DNA of 64,000 nt from Dehalococcoidia bacterium (GTDB taxonomy: Bacteria > Chloroflexota > Dehalococcoidia > Lucifugimonadales > UBA3495). How positions within the stretch are numbered: position 1 is the first letter of the stretch; every line of letters begins with the position of its first letter. The DNA is taken from assembly GCA_965203855.1 (NCBI GenBank), contig CBDBDN010000005.1, positions 577,804 through 641,803 of the forward strand, read 5' to 3'. Both the position numbers and the translations under genes were made by a program. Positions 29,427 to 38,233 of the stretch are shown here, in pieces. The notes under the pieces were generated by a model. That model ran no database searches and had not been told where the DNA came from. It saw only the letters and a program-made list of their open reading frames with translations.

Positions 29427-29455
29427 AGGTTAGCACCGCAACGCGCCGGTGTCAA
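29427..29455 (-). promoter_or_regulatory. candidate promoter of the ilv-leu leader
   Basis: Minus strand reads TTGACA (plus 29450-29455), 17 nt, TAACCT (plus 29427-29432), placed just upstream of the T-box stem I. Confidence 0.45.
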
Positions 29456-29636
29456 TAACGGGCGAGTAGCGGTATTCTTAACACACATGGACAATGGATT
29501 TTGCGCCCATCTGCTGGCAAGCCAGCACCACGGGGAATGGACCCGTGACTGCTTGGCGGCAGCTAACTTCCGTCGTCTAGATTCACAAAATCCCCTCCAT
29601 CCTGCCCATCGGTGGCAGCAACTCCCCTTCTCCGGC

Positions 29637-29685
29637 CAAATCCAAAATCCTCACCCATTCCGTTCATCCATGCCATCATTCTCCC
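29637..29685. repeat. family-B repeat (diverged copy)
   Basis: AAATCCAAAATCCTCACCCATTCCGTTCATCCATGCCATCA. Confidence 0.6.
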
Positions 29686-29697
29686 GCCCTCAAATCG

Positions 29698-30372
29698 TCA
29701 TTCCGGCTGCGTGATGCTGTCCAGCATTGCGGCGGCGAATTCCGGCAAGCCGCCCTGCTGCCCACAGCCGAAGCAACGCCACCGGACGCCGTCCAGGAAT
29801 ACGCTCAATGTCCCCTCCCCAGCGCAGAGCGGGCAGTCGCCGCTAACCCGGCGCCGCTGCAACGGAGATGCGCCGGGCCGGGACAGCGTAGTGAAACTGC
29901 CAATCAGTTGCAGCAGCCGGCCGCGTCGCACGGCGCCGGTCGGGTCGCGGCCCATCGTGCGGCAGTCGCGCCAGCCCAGCTCCCGCCGCACCTCGCCAAT
30001 CAGGTTGGCGTAAGTCAATTCGGCATCAGTCAACCCGGACCCGGCGCGTCCATCCGGCCCGCCGCTGTCGCCATTGCGGGTTACATTATTGCGGACTACA
30101 CTGAAAAGCGCCGCCGCGAGTGCGTACAGGCCGGGTTCACTGGCCGCCGCCAGGCTGATTTCCGGCTGGTCCGAAATCGTCAGCATTGCGTGCCGCAGGT
30201 ATTCCCGCAGCTGCGCCGCCGTGTAAGGCGGATAGGATACAACGGGCAGATTAGCCGGCGCATCCGGTTCATCCGCAGCGTCATAAACGACGCCGTCGTC
30301 CGGAGCCGGCCGCATCATTACGGTTACATCCTTCGGCAATTGGGCGATGGGTTCGACAGCGGCAGATTCCAT
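29698..30372 (-). CDS. hypothetical protein with a C-terminal primase-like zinc finger
   Basis: 224 aa. The C-terminus CPLCAGEGTLSVFLDGVRWRCFGCGQQGGLPEF resembles a CHC2-type finger (CFGCG). The rest is unrecognised. Confidence 0.45.
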   Translation of the reverse strand: MESAAVEPIAQLPKDVTVMMRPAPDDGVVYDAADEPDAPANLPVVSYPPYTAAQLREYLRHAMLTISDQPEISLAAASEPGLYALAAALFSVVRNNVTRNGDSGGPDGRAGSGLTDAELTYANLIGEVRRELGWRDCRTMGRDPTGAVRRGRLLQLIGSFTTLSRPGASPLQRRRVSGDCPLCAGEGTLSVFLDGVRWRCFGCGQQGGLPEFAAAMLDSITQPE

Positions 30373-30537
30373 AACGCACTTTCCCGGCGCCGGGCAATGA
30401 TTTACGCCGCAAGACTAGACAGGGCAAGACAGCGCAGCGCCCCGGCGCACTAGTATCTATCCTGCATCTCAACCCGGCGCCGGCGCAACCGCCAAGTGTC
30501 AGCAGCCGACAGCATTTCCATTCAGGCGATTTGAACT

Positions 30538-30750
30538 GCCGTCATTTCAGCGCCTTCAACCGTCATTCCGGGGCGCCCCCAGCTGTCATTCCGGGGGCGC
30601 CCTCAACCGTCATTCCGGCGCCCTCAACCGTCATTCTGGCGCTCTCAACCGTCATTCCGGCGAAAGCCGGAATCCACCGTCCTAATCTGCCGTTACGGTG
30701 GATGGAACCGGCAGTCATTGATTCCGGCGGAAGTCGGAATGACGGTTTTG
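30538..30750. repeat. family-A array (about 21-24-bp units), a hairpin, and an inverted hairpin
   Basis: Six CCGTCATTCCGG-type units between 30538 and 30676, ending CCGTCATTCCGGCGAAAGCCGGAATCC. An inverted copy GATTCCGGCGGAAGTCGGAATGACGG lies at about 30719-30746. Confidence 0.85.
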
Positions 30751-30775
30751 GGGCGCCAAATTACCGGCCCAGCGG

Positions 30776-31843
30776 TTATGCCCAATGCAGCAAGCGGCGG
30801 TGAATCTCCTCCAGACTGGTTATCTCGCCTAACAGGATAGCGCGGGCCAGGCTGCGGACGCGCGCTTTGTCGGCCTCGGCGGTGATGTACTCCACCGGCG
30901 ATTTGCCGTCCACCCGCGCCAGCAGCAAAGCCCCCATTTGCCGCACTGTATCCGGCTCCATCCTGTCGGCCTGCGTTGATGGCGTATCGGCGGCGGCATA
31001 TTCCGACCGAAATGCGGCGGTGGCGCGGTTGTACTGCGCGGCCAGCTCCGGGCGGTGCAGCGCCTTGAGCGTCAGATGGTTCAGCATAAATGCCAGGTCA
31101 AAAACCGGATTACCCAGATGCGCTACCTCAAAATCCAACAGCAGCACCGCTGCCGCAGACCCGGCGCCGGACACGATTACATTTTTCGGGCTGTAATCGC
31201 CATGCACCAGCGCCAGCGGACGCCCCAGCATCCGGTCGGCGGCGGCGTTTATGGCATCCGCCAAATCGGGATGCGCCGCTGCCGTTGCCCGATGATAAGG
31301 AGCAATGCGGAGCTGTACGAAACTGCGCTGGTCGGCAAACGGCAGCAGCGCCTCGGGAATATCGCCCTTCGCACCGTCTCTATCCTTATCCTTGATGGCC
31401 GTAGCCCGGTGCATCTCGCCCAGCAGACGCCCGACTTTGCCGGCGACTGCCGTATCAATATGGCCGGCCAGCAGCGCCTCTTTCCAGTTGACGCCGCCCG
31501 CTGGAGCCGCGGTCATCACATAGCAGAAATTGCCATCATCCTGGTCAACAACCTGCGGAACGGATCCCGGCGGCAGTATCCCGGACAGATAGCGGATACT
31601 GGCCCATTCCCGGTGGATGCGGCTGCGGTCGGCCCGCCATTCCTGGGCCACCCGCAGCTGCGGCAGCGACTGCTTGACCACCAAAGCGCCGCCGGGAACG
31701 CCGTCCCCGGTTACGCAAATCACGATGTTGGAAACGCCGCCGCCCAGAGTTGACGCCGTGGCCGACGCGGCGGCGGCGGGCGTTATCACCCCGCGCCCGG
31801 CAAGATAGGCGGCGGCATTGGCGGCATCCAGATGGAACGGCAT
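30776..31843 (-). CDS. aminoglycoside-phosphotransferase-fold kinase (methylthioribose-kinase-like)
   Basis: Start at the ATG at 31843 (MPFHLDAANAAAYL). GGGVSN glycine loop, LVHGDYSPKNVIV catalytic loop, LDFEVAHLG. Confidence 0.7.
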   Translation of the reverse strand: MPFHLDAANAAAYLAGRGVITPAAAASATASTLGGGVSNIVICVTGDGVPGGALVVKQSLPQLRVAQEWRADRSRIHREWASIRYLSGILPPGSVPQVVDQDDGNFCYVMTAAPAGGVNWKEALLAGHIDTAVAGKVGRLLGEMHRATAIKDKDRDGAKGDIPEALLPFADQRSFVQLRIAPYHRATAAAHPDLADAINAAADRMLGRPLALVHGDYSPKNVIVSGAGSAAAVLLLDFEVAHLGNPVFDLAFMLNHLTLKALHRPELAAQYNRATAAFRSEYAAADTPSTQADRMEPDTVRQMGALLLARVDGKSPVEYITAEADKARVRSLARAILLGEITSLEEIHRRLLHWA

Positions 31844-31871
31844 CAGGCCGGAATGACGGGGGTGGTGCCGG

Positions 31872-32300
31872 CTATTGGCGGTGTTCGGGCGCCGCGCCGT
31901 TTTCAAGCTGAGCCAGGCGCGCGGTAAGGCGGGCAACCTCGGCTTCGGCTTGCGCGGCGCGTTCCCGCTCATCCATGGCGCGTTTCCGCTCCTGTTCGGC
32001 GAAATCGTAGGCTTCCTGAGCTTTTTTGGCGTAAATGTAGCTGGAAATCACGATGGGGGCTCCTGCGGTTACGGTGATGGTCGGGCTCACGATTTGGAAC
32101 ACTTTCACCCATTCGGCGAAACCGGGCTGTACGCTGGCGTCCAGCACTGGCGCCATTAAATATACAACGGTGGTCAAGCCGATGGCTATCGCTTGCAGCA
32201 GGCTGAACTCGGCCGCCGTCAGCAGCGTAGCGGCAATGTGCGACCAGAGCAGGCCACGGCCGGGCGGCGTCAGGCGGCGGGGTTTTTCGGATGTTGTCAT
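31872..32300 (-). CDS. small membrane protein with a C-terminal coiled coil
   Basis: 142 aa. Hydrophobic segments followed by an ERKRAMDERERAAQAEAEVARLTARLAQLE tail. Confidence 0.4.
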   Translation of the reverse strand: MTTSEKPRRLTPPGRGLLWSHIAATLLTAAEFSLLQAIAIGLTTVVYLMAPVLDASVQPGFAEWVKVFQIVSPTITVTAGAPIVISSYIYAKKAQEAYDFAEQERKRAMDERERAAQAEAEVARLTARLAQLENGAAPEHRQ

Positions 32301-32377
32301 ACTTGTTACCTACGCTTGCGGCGCTATGCAAATTGCGAAATTATCCGGTAGCGCCGTCGCGATAAGGGCTGCATCGG

Positions 32378-32592
32378 CTACCGAAATATCCTGCCCGGCG
32401 GGCCGGACTGCCCATATTCATCATCGCCCCAGCAGTCCACGCTGCCATCGGCGCGGAGCCCGCAAGTATGTTTCCAACCAGTGCTAACCGACTGGAACTT
32501 TCCACCACCGCAAGCACTGACAGACCGGCAACTACTATTGCTGCCAACAGCATCAGCCGGTGCAATGTCAATCCAATCCCTGTGCCGTACAT
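32378..32592 (-). pseudogene. frameshifted mini-gene: signal peptide plus a single RCC1-like repeat
   Basis: An ATG at 32592 with a GGAGG RBS encodes MYGTGIGLTLHRLMLLAAIVVAGLSVLA. The adjacent frame encodes the lipobox VSAC plus GGGKFQSVSTGWKHTCGLRADGSVDCWGDDEYGQSGPP (RCC1 repeat signature). Confidence 0.3.
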
Positions 32593-32930
32593 TCTTTTGT
32601 CCTCCCAGTCTGTACGGAGCGCATTGGCAACGCAAATCCGTACCGCATAGTTCTCCCGACACATGGTGAGGTGGATGAGGACACTGCCAGCGGATGGACG
32701 CCGCACTCTGCCCGCCTTTACCGCAAAAGCGGGCAAGTCGGCGCCATCAGCAAAACAGCATTCCTCCGCCCACATTGTACGCCGTCCCCCGGTAATCAGC
32801 GCTGCATTGCCTAGCAAGGGCATTGGTATCACCTCGTTTTGCTGGCCGCCGGGCATTGTACGGGCGGCGTTGATGGATGGGTTGGTAGATAGATAGATTG
32901 CGGCCAAGGCTGGGTTGCCGCTGTGGCAGG

Positions 32931-33542
32931 CTAGTCGCCGTCGCCCCGCCCGGCCAGCGCAAAGGGTTCCCGCGCGAATATCCGCCGCACCATCGGCTCA
33001 AAGAACTCCAGTGGCAGCGACTGATACTCCGGGTCAAACGACGGCTGATCCCAGCGATGGCAGAAATCTACGGCGTCCTGATACCAGGGATGGTTCCGGT
33101 AGCGGTCGCGCGCATTGCGGTCATTGCCAAAGTGATGCGCGTAATAGTAGCTCTGAAACAGCCCATGCTGCCGGACAATCCAGTAAGTGCGCTTGGTTAC
33201 ATAGGGGCGTAGCACGGCGGCGGCCAGCTCGCTGTGGTTGTGCGGCGACAGCAAATCGCCAATGTCGTGCAGCAGGACGGCGACGATCATTTCATCGTCG
33301 GCATCGTCCCGGTAAGCCCGCGTCGCCGCTTGCAGCGAATGCTCCAGGCGGTCAACCCGATAGCCGGCCAGCGAACCGGACAAGCCGGCCAGCTGCGCCA
33401 GCACCCGGTCGGCGGTGCCGGCGGCGAATTCGGCCTCCAGGCGTTCCAGCAGCTCGTAGTCAGCGCGGGTGCCGGCGGCCATACTGGTAAAGGATACAGT
33501 GGCGGCGTCCCGCGCGCCGGGGATAGCGTTTTCGGTCATCAT
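32931..33542 (-). CDS. HD-domain protein (PhnZ/MIOX-like HD family)
   Basis: DRLEHSLQAATRA and VAVLLHDIGDLLSPHNHSELAAAVLRPYV motifs. Confidence 0.7.
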   Translation of the reverse strand: MMTENAIPGARDAATVSFTSMAAGTRADYELLERLEAEFAAGTADRVLAQLAGLSGSLAGYRVDRLEHSLQAATRAYRDDADDEMIVAVLLHDIGDLLSPHNHSELAAAVLRPYVTKRTYWIVRQHGLFQSYYYAHHFGNDRNARDRYRNHPWYQDAVDFCHRWDQPSFDPEYQSLPLEFFEPMVRRIFAREPFALAGRGDGD

Positions 33543-33695
33543 AAAACTTGCTCCGAGAAAAGGTTAGGGTAAAAGCCGCCGGCAAATTGACCGCCGGGGC
33601 GCTAGATTGTAGGATATTACCCCAATATCGTCATCAGTACCGCGTACTCCAGCGCTCCGGCGCTCCAATCCCCGAACCCCAACGTCGAATGCCTT

Positions 33696-34826
33696 ATGCC
33701 TGAAACTAACGGACAACACCCCGAACTGCGCCCCGAACCCCGTTTTGACTGGTTTGTCCCCATTGACGGGGACGGCAACCGGGCCGGCACACTGCGCCCG
33801 CAACGCCCGCCTACCTTTGACTACCTGCGCCAGGTGGCCGAAACCGCCGAGGACTGCGGTTTCTATTCCATGCTGATTCCGACCCGGTTCGCCAATGGGC
33901 TGTTCGCCGAGGATGCGCCGCTGGCAGAAACCTGGACTACGGCCACGGCATTGGCCGCCGTTACCTCCCGCATCCGCTTTCTGGTGGCCGTGCGTCCCGG
34001 TTTCATCGCTTTGGGCCTGTTTGCCCAGATGGCGGCGGCGCTGCACCAGATTTCCGGCGGACGGCTGGACCTCAACATCGTTCCCGGCGGCATTCAGAAC
34101 GATTTTGAGCGCGTCGGCGAAGTCAGCGACCACGCTACCCGCTACGAGCGCGCCGCGGAGTTTATCGCCGCCTGCCGCGCCCTCTGGCAGCAGCCGCAGC
34201 CGGTAGATTACGACGGCCAGTTTTACCGGTTGGCCGGCGCCTATTGTTCGCCGGCTCCCGGCGTTGATGCGCCCCGGTTTTACCTGGGCGGCGCATCCCC
34301 GCGCGCCGTGGCTCTCTCCGCGCGCCAGGCCGACGTGCATCTGGGCTGGATTGAGCCGCCGGACGACACCGCCCGCCGCATCGCCGACCTGCGCCGTCAA
34401 TATGATGACGCCAAACGCCCGCTAACTCTGGGCTTGCGTTCCCATCTGGTGATCCGAGACGACGAAGCAGCGGCCTGGCGCGCTGCCGGTGAGCTCATCG
34501 CTGATGCCGACCCGGCAGTCAAAGCGCAGCGGCAGGCGGCCATCGTCGGTACGCCAATGGTCGGGCAGCAGGCGCAGGCGCGGGCCGCCGCCGGGCATCG
34601 GCTGGGCGGCCCGCTCTGGAACGGCCTTTCGGAAGTGCGCGTCAATTGCGGCAGCGCGCTGGTTGGCACGCCCGAACAGGTTGCCGACGCCTTGCTGGAC
34701 TACTGGCGGCTCGGCATTGACGAGTTCATCCTCAGCGGCTTTCCGCATATTGAGGAATGCCGGCGCGCCGCCGGCCAGCTGCTGCCGCTGCTGCGGGAAC
34801 GCATCGCTGCGGAACGGGCGCAATGA
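33696..34826 (+). CDS. SsuD-like FMNH2-dependent alkanesulfonate monooxygenase family (luciferase-like) protein
   Basis: FDWFVPIDGDG N-terminus, IRFLVAVRPG, and the C-terminal ALVGTPEQVADALLDYWRLGIDEFILSGFPHIEE align by eye with E. coli SsuD as recalled from memory. Confidence 0.75.
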   Translation: MPETNGQHPELRPEPRFDWFVPIDGDGNRAGTLRPQRPPTFDYLRQVAETAEDCGFYSMLIPTRFANGLFAEDAPLAETWTTATALAAVTSRIRFLVAVRPGFIALGLFAQMAAALHQISGGRLDLNIVPGGIQNDFERVGEVSDHATRYERAAEFIAACRALWQQPQPVDYDGQFYRLAGAYCSPAPGVDAPRFYLGGASPRAVALSARQADVHLGWIEPPDDTARRIADLRRQYDDAKRPLTLGLRSHLVIRDDEAAAWRAAGELIADADPAVKAQRQAAIVGTPMVGQQAQARAAAGHRLGGPLWNGLSEVRVNCGSALVGTPEQVADALLDYWRLGIDEFILSGFPHIEECRRAAGQLLPLLRERIAAERAQ

Positions 34827-34863
34827 TTTTACGCTGTCGGCAAACGGACGGCGGGCGGCGCTG

Positions 34864-37800
34864 ATGGGCAGTTTCAGCCTGCTGCTTTGGCTGCTGCCCC
34901 GCCGGCTGCGTTCCGCCTGGGGTTTGTTGGCCGTTACCGCTTTTGGCGTCCTGGCCGCCGTAACTATTATGGCGCTGGGCGCAATGTATTCCCACGCCCT
35001 GGCCGAGGCCGGCCTGCGCCATTCCCTGGCGGTAGCCTCGCCCAATGTGATTAATGCGCGCATCATTGTCCGCAACCGGCCGTTGAGCCCGCAGGACTAT
35101 GCCGCGCTGCGTGCCGGCATTGAGGGCATTATTGACCGCAGCATCGGCTATCTGCAACGCGACCGGAACCGCTACGCCCGGATGCTGCCAACGCTGCCGT
35201 TCACCCGTGAGGATCTGCCCTACGGCATCCGGGATGTTCCGCTGGGACGCCCCTTTTTCGTTACCCGGTTTCAGGAACACGCGCAGCTGGCCTCCGGGCG
35301 GTGGCCGACGGACGCCGTAGGACAGGACGCCAACGGCCAGCCCTTGATCGAGGGCGTGCTGGGCGTCGATGCCGCCCGCAGCCTGGGCTGGACGGACGGG
35401 CAGCGCGCCTGGCTGGTGCTGTTTCCCGGTTCGGATGACCTGCCACGGCAGTATATCGCCGTGAACATCGTCGGCATTGCCGAGGCCGCCAATCCGCGCG
35501 CCGAGTACTGGATGGGCGCATCCGATTATTTCCACATCGGCGACTGGGAGGGCCGCCCGGTGGCGCCGATCTATGTAACCGAAAACGCCTATTTCAACGG
35601 CATTGGCGCCAACTACCCGTCTCTGGTTGGCGATTTCGGCTGGCTCAGTTACCTCAACCCGGATGCCATCACTTCCCGCACCGTAGCGGCGGCGCGCGAC
35701 AACCTGAAGGCTCTGGAAACCGACGTCAACGCCCAATTCCCCCGCTCTTATGTGCTGACCGGCCTGGAAAACAGCCGCGGCACCGGGCTGCTGGCAACTT
35801 ACCAGCGCGGCCTTACGCTGGCCCGCGCGCCCCTTTATCTGTTCATATCGCTGGTGGTAGTGGTCATCCTGTACTTTCTGGCATTGGCGGTTACGCTGCT
35901 GGCCGGCGCCCGCGCCGCCGAATCCTCGCTGCTGCGGAGCCGGGGGGCCAGCGCTTTACAAGTAGGCGGCCTCCTGGCGCTGGGCGAGGGCGCAATCGTG
36001 CTGGCCGCTACGCTGGTCGGCCCTCTGCTGGCCTGGGGCATCGGCAGCGCATTCCTGCTGGACACCATCAACCCGGTCAGCCGCCCCGGCGCCGGCGAAA
36101 CTCCGCTGGGCGTGGGCCTCTCCTGGCAGATGTATGCCATTGGCGCAGTGGGCGGCCTGCTCTGCCTGGCCGTGCTGACGGCGGCCGGCGGGTCGCTGGC
36201 GCGGCTGGGGATACTGGATTTCTTGCGCGCCCGTTCCCGTCCGCCGGCGGCGCCCTGGCTGCAACGCTATTACATTGACCTCCTGGCGGTAGCGGCGTTG
36301 GGCGTGCTGGTTTGGCAAATCCGGCAGCGGGGCGGCTTTGTAGAGGGAACATTGGCCGGCGGCGGCCCCGCGCTGGATCCGCTGCTGCTGCTGGCGCCGG
36401 CGGCCGCGCTGATTGCCCTTGCTTTTCTGCTGTTGCGCGCCCTGCCCTGGGCGATGGCGGCGGCGGCATGGGCCGCCCGGCATTCCGCGCCGGCCTGGAT
36501 TTCGCTGACGCTGCGGCAGATGGCCCGCCGCCCGCTGCCTTACGCCTCGCTGACGGTCGTCGTAACCCTGGCGGCGGCGTTGGGCGTGTTCGCCGGCTCT
36601 TTCCAGTCGACGCTGTCCCGCAGCGAAGCCGACCAGTCCCGGCACAGCATCGGCGGCGATATGACGCTGAACAATGCGCGTTTCAGCGGGCGCACGGCCG
36701 ACGCGCGGATAGCCGAGCTGAACGCCATTGACGGAGTAACGGCAGTGTCGGCGGTCATCCGCGAGCCGGTAGGGTTCCTGGACGGCCCAATGCAGCGCGG
36801 CACGGCGCTGGGCGTTGACCCGTTGACTTTTGCGTCGGCGTCGTGGTGGCGGGATTCCTTTGCCGGCGGCGAACCGTCCGATTTGGATACGCTGCTGGCG
36901 CCGCTGCGCCGCACTTTGAATTCGCAGTCGGCCGGCGTGGCGCTGCCGGCGGGCGCCAACCGCATTGCCGTACAGGCCCGCCGGGCGGACCGCAGTATCG
37001 GCGGCGCTGTTCCGCTGCCCAGCTACCGACTCTGGGCGCGCCTTGCCAACGCCAGCGGGGCGTACCGCAATCTGGAGCTGGGTACGCTGACGGCGGAGTT
37101 CGGCGCCGGCGAGCAATGGCGGCAGCTGGACGCCGAGCTGCCCGACCCGGCGGCGCAGTGGCGGCTGGTATCGGTGCATATCTCTGGTGAATCCTTTGCC
37201 CGCACGCCGCCCGGCGCGCTGTTGCTGGACGATATTACGGCGCACGGGCCGGGACTGCCGCCGGATGGCGCATTGGTAGAAGGGTTTGAGGAAATCGGGC
37301 CGTGGACGGCGCTGCCTCAAGCGGGCGGCGTCGCCGACCGCGCCGAGCGCACTGCCGACGCCGCCCGCTCCGGCGCCGCCGGGATGCGGATTACCTGGGA
37401 GGAGCCGCTGGGCCGGTCGCCGCGCGGCATTATCGTTCCGCCGGGGCCGCTGCCTCTGCCGGCTATCGCCGGGCCGGGTTTTGCCCCCGGCCAGCCGGTT
37501 CGCATCACCGTGGACGGCTACATTGTGCCGGCGCGCGTTACCGCCACCGTAAGCCATTTCCCGACGCTGGACGAAAGGCGTTCTTTTCTGGTGATGTCCG
37601 TCCACGAACTGCAAGCCTGGCTGGCGCAGGCCCCCGGCGCGCAGCCGATTACGCCCGACGAATGGTGGTTTGCCATTGCCGACGGCGCCGACCGCCAGCA
37701 GACGGCCAACGAAATTCGCGCCGTCGGTTACCGGCTGTCGTTCCTGCGCGACCGGGCGCACACCGTATCCGTAGCCACGCGCAACCCCTTGGCCGGCGGC

Positions 37801-38223
37801 GCCTGGAACGCCCTTACCGGCATCGGATTGGCCGCGCTGTCGCTGGCCGTGGGGTTGGCATTGTGCGCCCACGCCGCCGTTGCCGTGCGCGGCCAGCGCA
37901 TTGACCTGTCGGTAGGGGCCGCCTTGGGAACGCCGCGCTGGCAGCGTTACGCCGGGCTGGCCTTGGAACGCGGCATCATCGCCCTGTTGGGCAGCGTTGC
38001 CGGCGGACTGGCCGGCTGGGGACTGGCCTGGTGGACGCTGGGCGAATTGACCAGCGTCGGCGCCGGCGGTTCGGTTACGCCGCCCGTGATTTTCGTCGCC
38101 GAGGGCGCCTGGCTGGCGGCCACCTACGGCTGCCTGGGTCTGGCCGCCGCCGCCGCCGTTGCGCTGGCCGCCGCCGCCGCATCCCGCCTGTGTCCCGCCG
38201 AGACGCTGCGTGAAGCCGAGTAG
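34864..38223 (+). CDS. large double-FtsX-domain ABC transporter permease (MacB/FtsX type), permease 1
   Basis: Start moved to the ATG at 34864 (MGSFSLLLWLLPRRLRSAWGLLAVTAFGVLAAV). Two FtsX-type TM bundles (about residues 330-480 and the C-terminal 130 aa) are separated by large extracytoplasmic regions. Confidence 0.8.
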   Translation: MGSFSLLLWLLPRRLRSAWGLLAVTAFGVLAAVTIMALGAMYSHALAEAGLRHSLAVASPNVINARIIVRNRPLSPQDYAALRAGIEGIIDRSIGYLQRDRNRYARMLPTLPFTREDLPYGIRDVPLGRPFFVTRFQEHAQLASGRWPTDAVGQDANGQPLIEGVLGVDAARSLGWTDGQRAWLVLFPGSDDLPRQYIAVNIVGIAEAANPRAEYWMGASDYFHIGDWEGRPVAPIYVTENAYFNGIGANYPSLVGDFGWLSYLNPDAITSRTVAAARDNLKALETDVNAQFPRSYVLTGLENSRGTGLLATYQRGLTLARAPLYLFISLVVVVILYFLALAVTLLAGARAAESSLLRSRGASALQVGGLLALGEGAIVLAATLVGPLLAWGIGSAFLLDTINPVSRPGAGETPLGVGLSWQMYAIGAVGGLLCLAVLTAAGGSLARLGILDFLRARSRPPAAPWLQRYYIDLLAVAALGVLVWQIRQRGGFVEGTLAGGGPALDPLLLLAPAAALIALAFLLLRALPWAMAAAAWAARHSAPAWISLTLRQMARRPLPYASLTVVVTLAAALGVFAGSFQSTLSRSEADQSRHSIGGDMTLNNARFSGRTADARIAELNAIDGVTAVSAVIREPVGFLDGPMQRGTALGVDPLTFASASWWRDSFAGGEPSDLDTLLAPLRRTLNSQSAGVALPAGANRIAVQARRADRSIGGAVPLPSYRLWARLANASGAYRNLELGTLTAEFGAGEQWRQLDAELPDPAAQWRLVSVHISGESFARTPPGALLLDDITAHGPGLPPDGALVEGFEEIGPWTALPQAGGVADRAERTADAARSGAAGMRITWEEPLGRSPRGIIVPPGPLPLPAIAGPGFAPGQPVRITVDGYIVPARVTATVSHFPTLDERRSFLVMSVHELQAWLAQAPGAQPITPDEWWFAIADGADRQQTANEIRAVGYRLSFLRDRAHTVSVATRNPLAGGAWNALTGIGLAALSLAVGLALCAHAAVAVRGQRIDLSVGAALGTPRWQRYAGLALERGIIALLGSVAGGLAGWGLAWWTLGELTSVGAGGSVTPPVIFVAEGAWLAATYGCLGLAAAAAVALAAAAASRLCPAETLREAE

Positions 38224-38233
38224 ATAGACCGCT

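Noticed and set aside
32341-32907. 188-aa ORF on the minus strand.
   Set aside because: There is no motif support for its upstream two thirds. Only the last part, from the RBS-preceded ATG at 32592, looks genuine, and that is reported as a frameshifted mini-gene.
32931-34826. The HD-domain (PhnZ-like) gene, the SsuD-like gene and the distant AP-superfamily phosphodiesterase considered as a phosphonate catabolic cluster.
   Set aside because: There is no PhnY-type dioxygenase, phosphonate transporter or C-P lyase gene nearby. The HD and SsuD-like genes are divergent, and the phosphodiesterase is 30 kb away.
34489-34863. ORF-track start of permease 1 at 34489 (1244 aa).
   Set aside because: The first 125 codons overlap the 3' end of the well-supported SsuD-like gene in another frame. 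The ATG at 34864 gives the typical FtsX-permease N-terminus and first TM.
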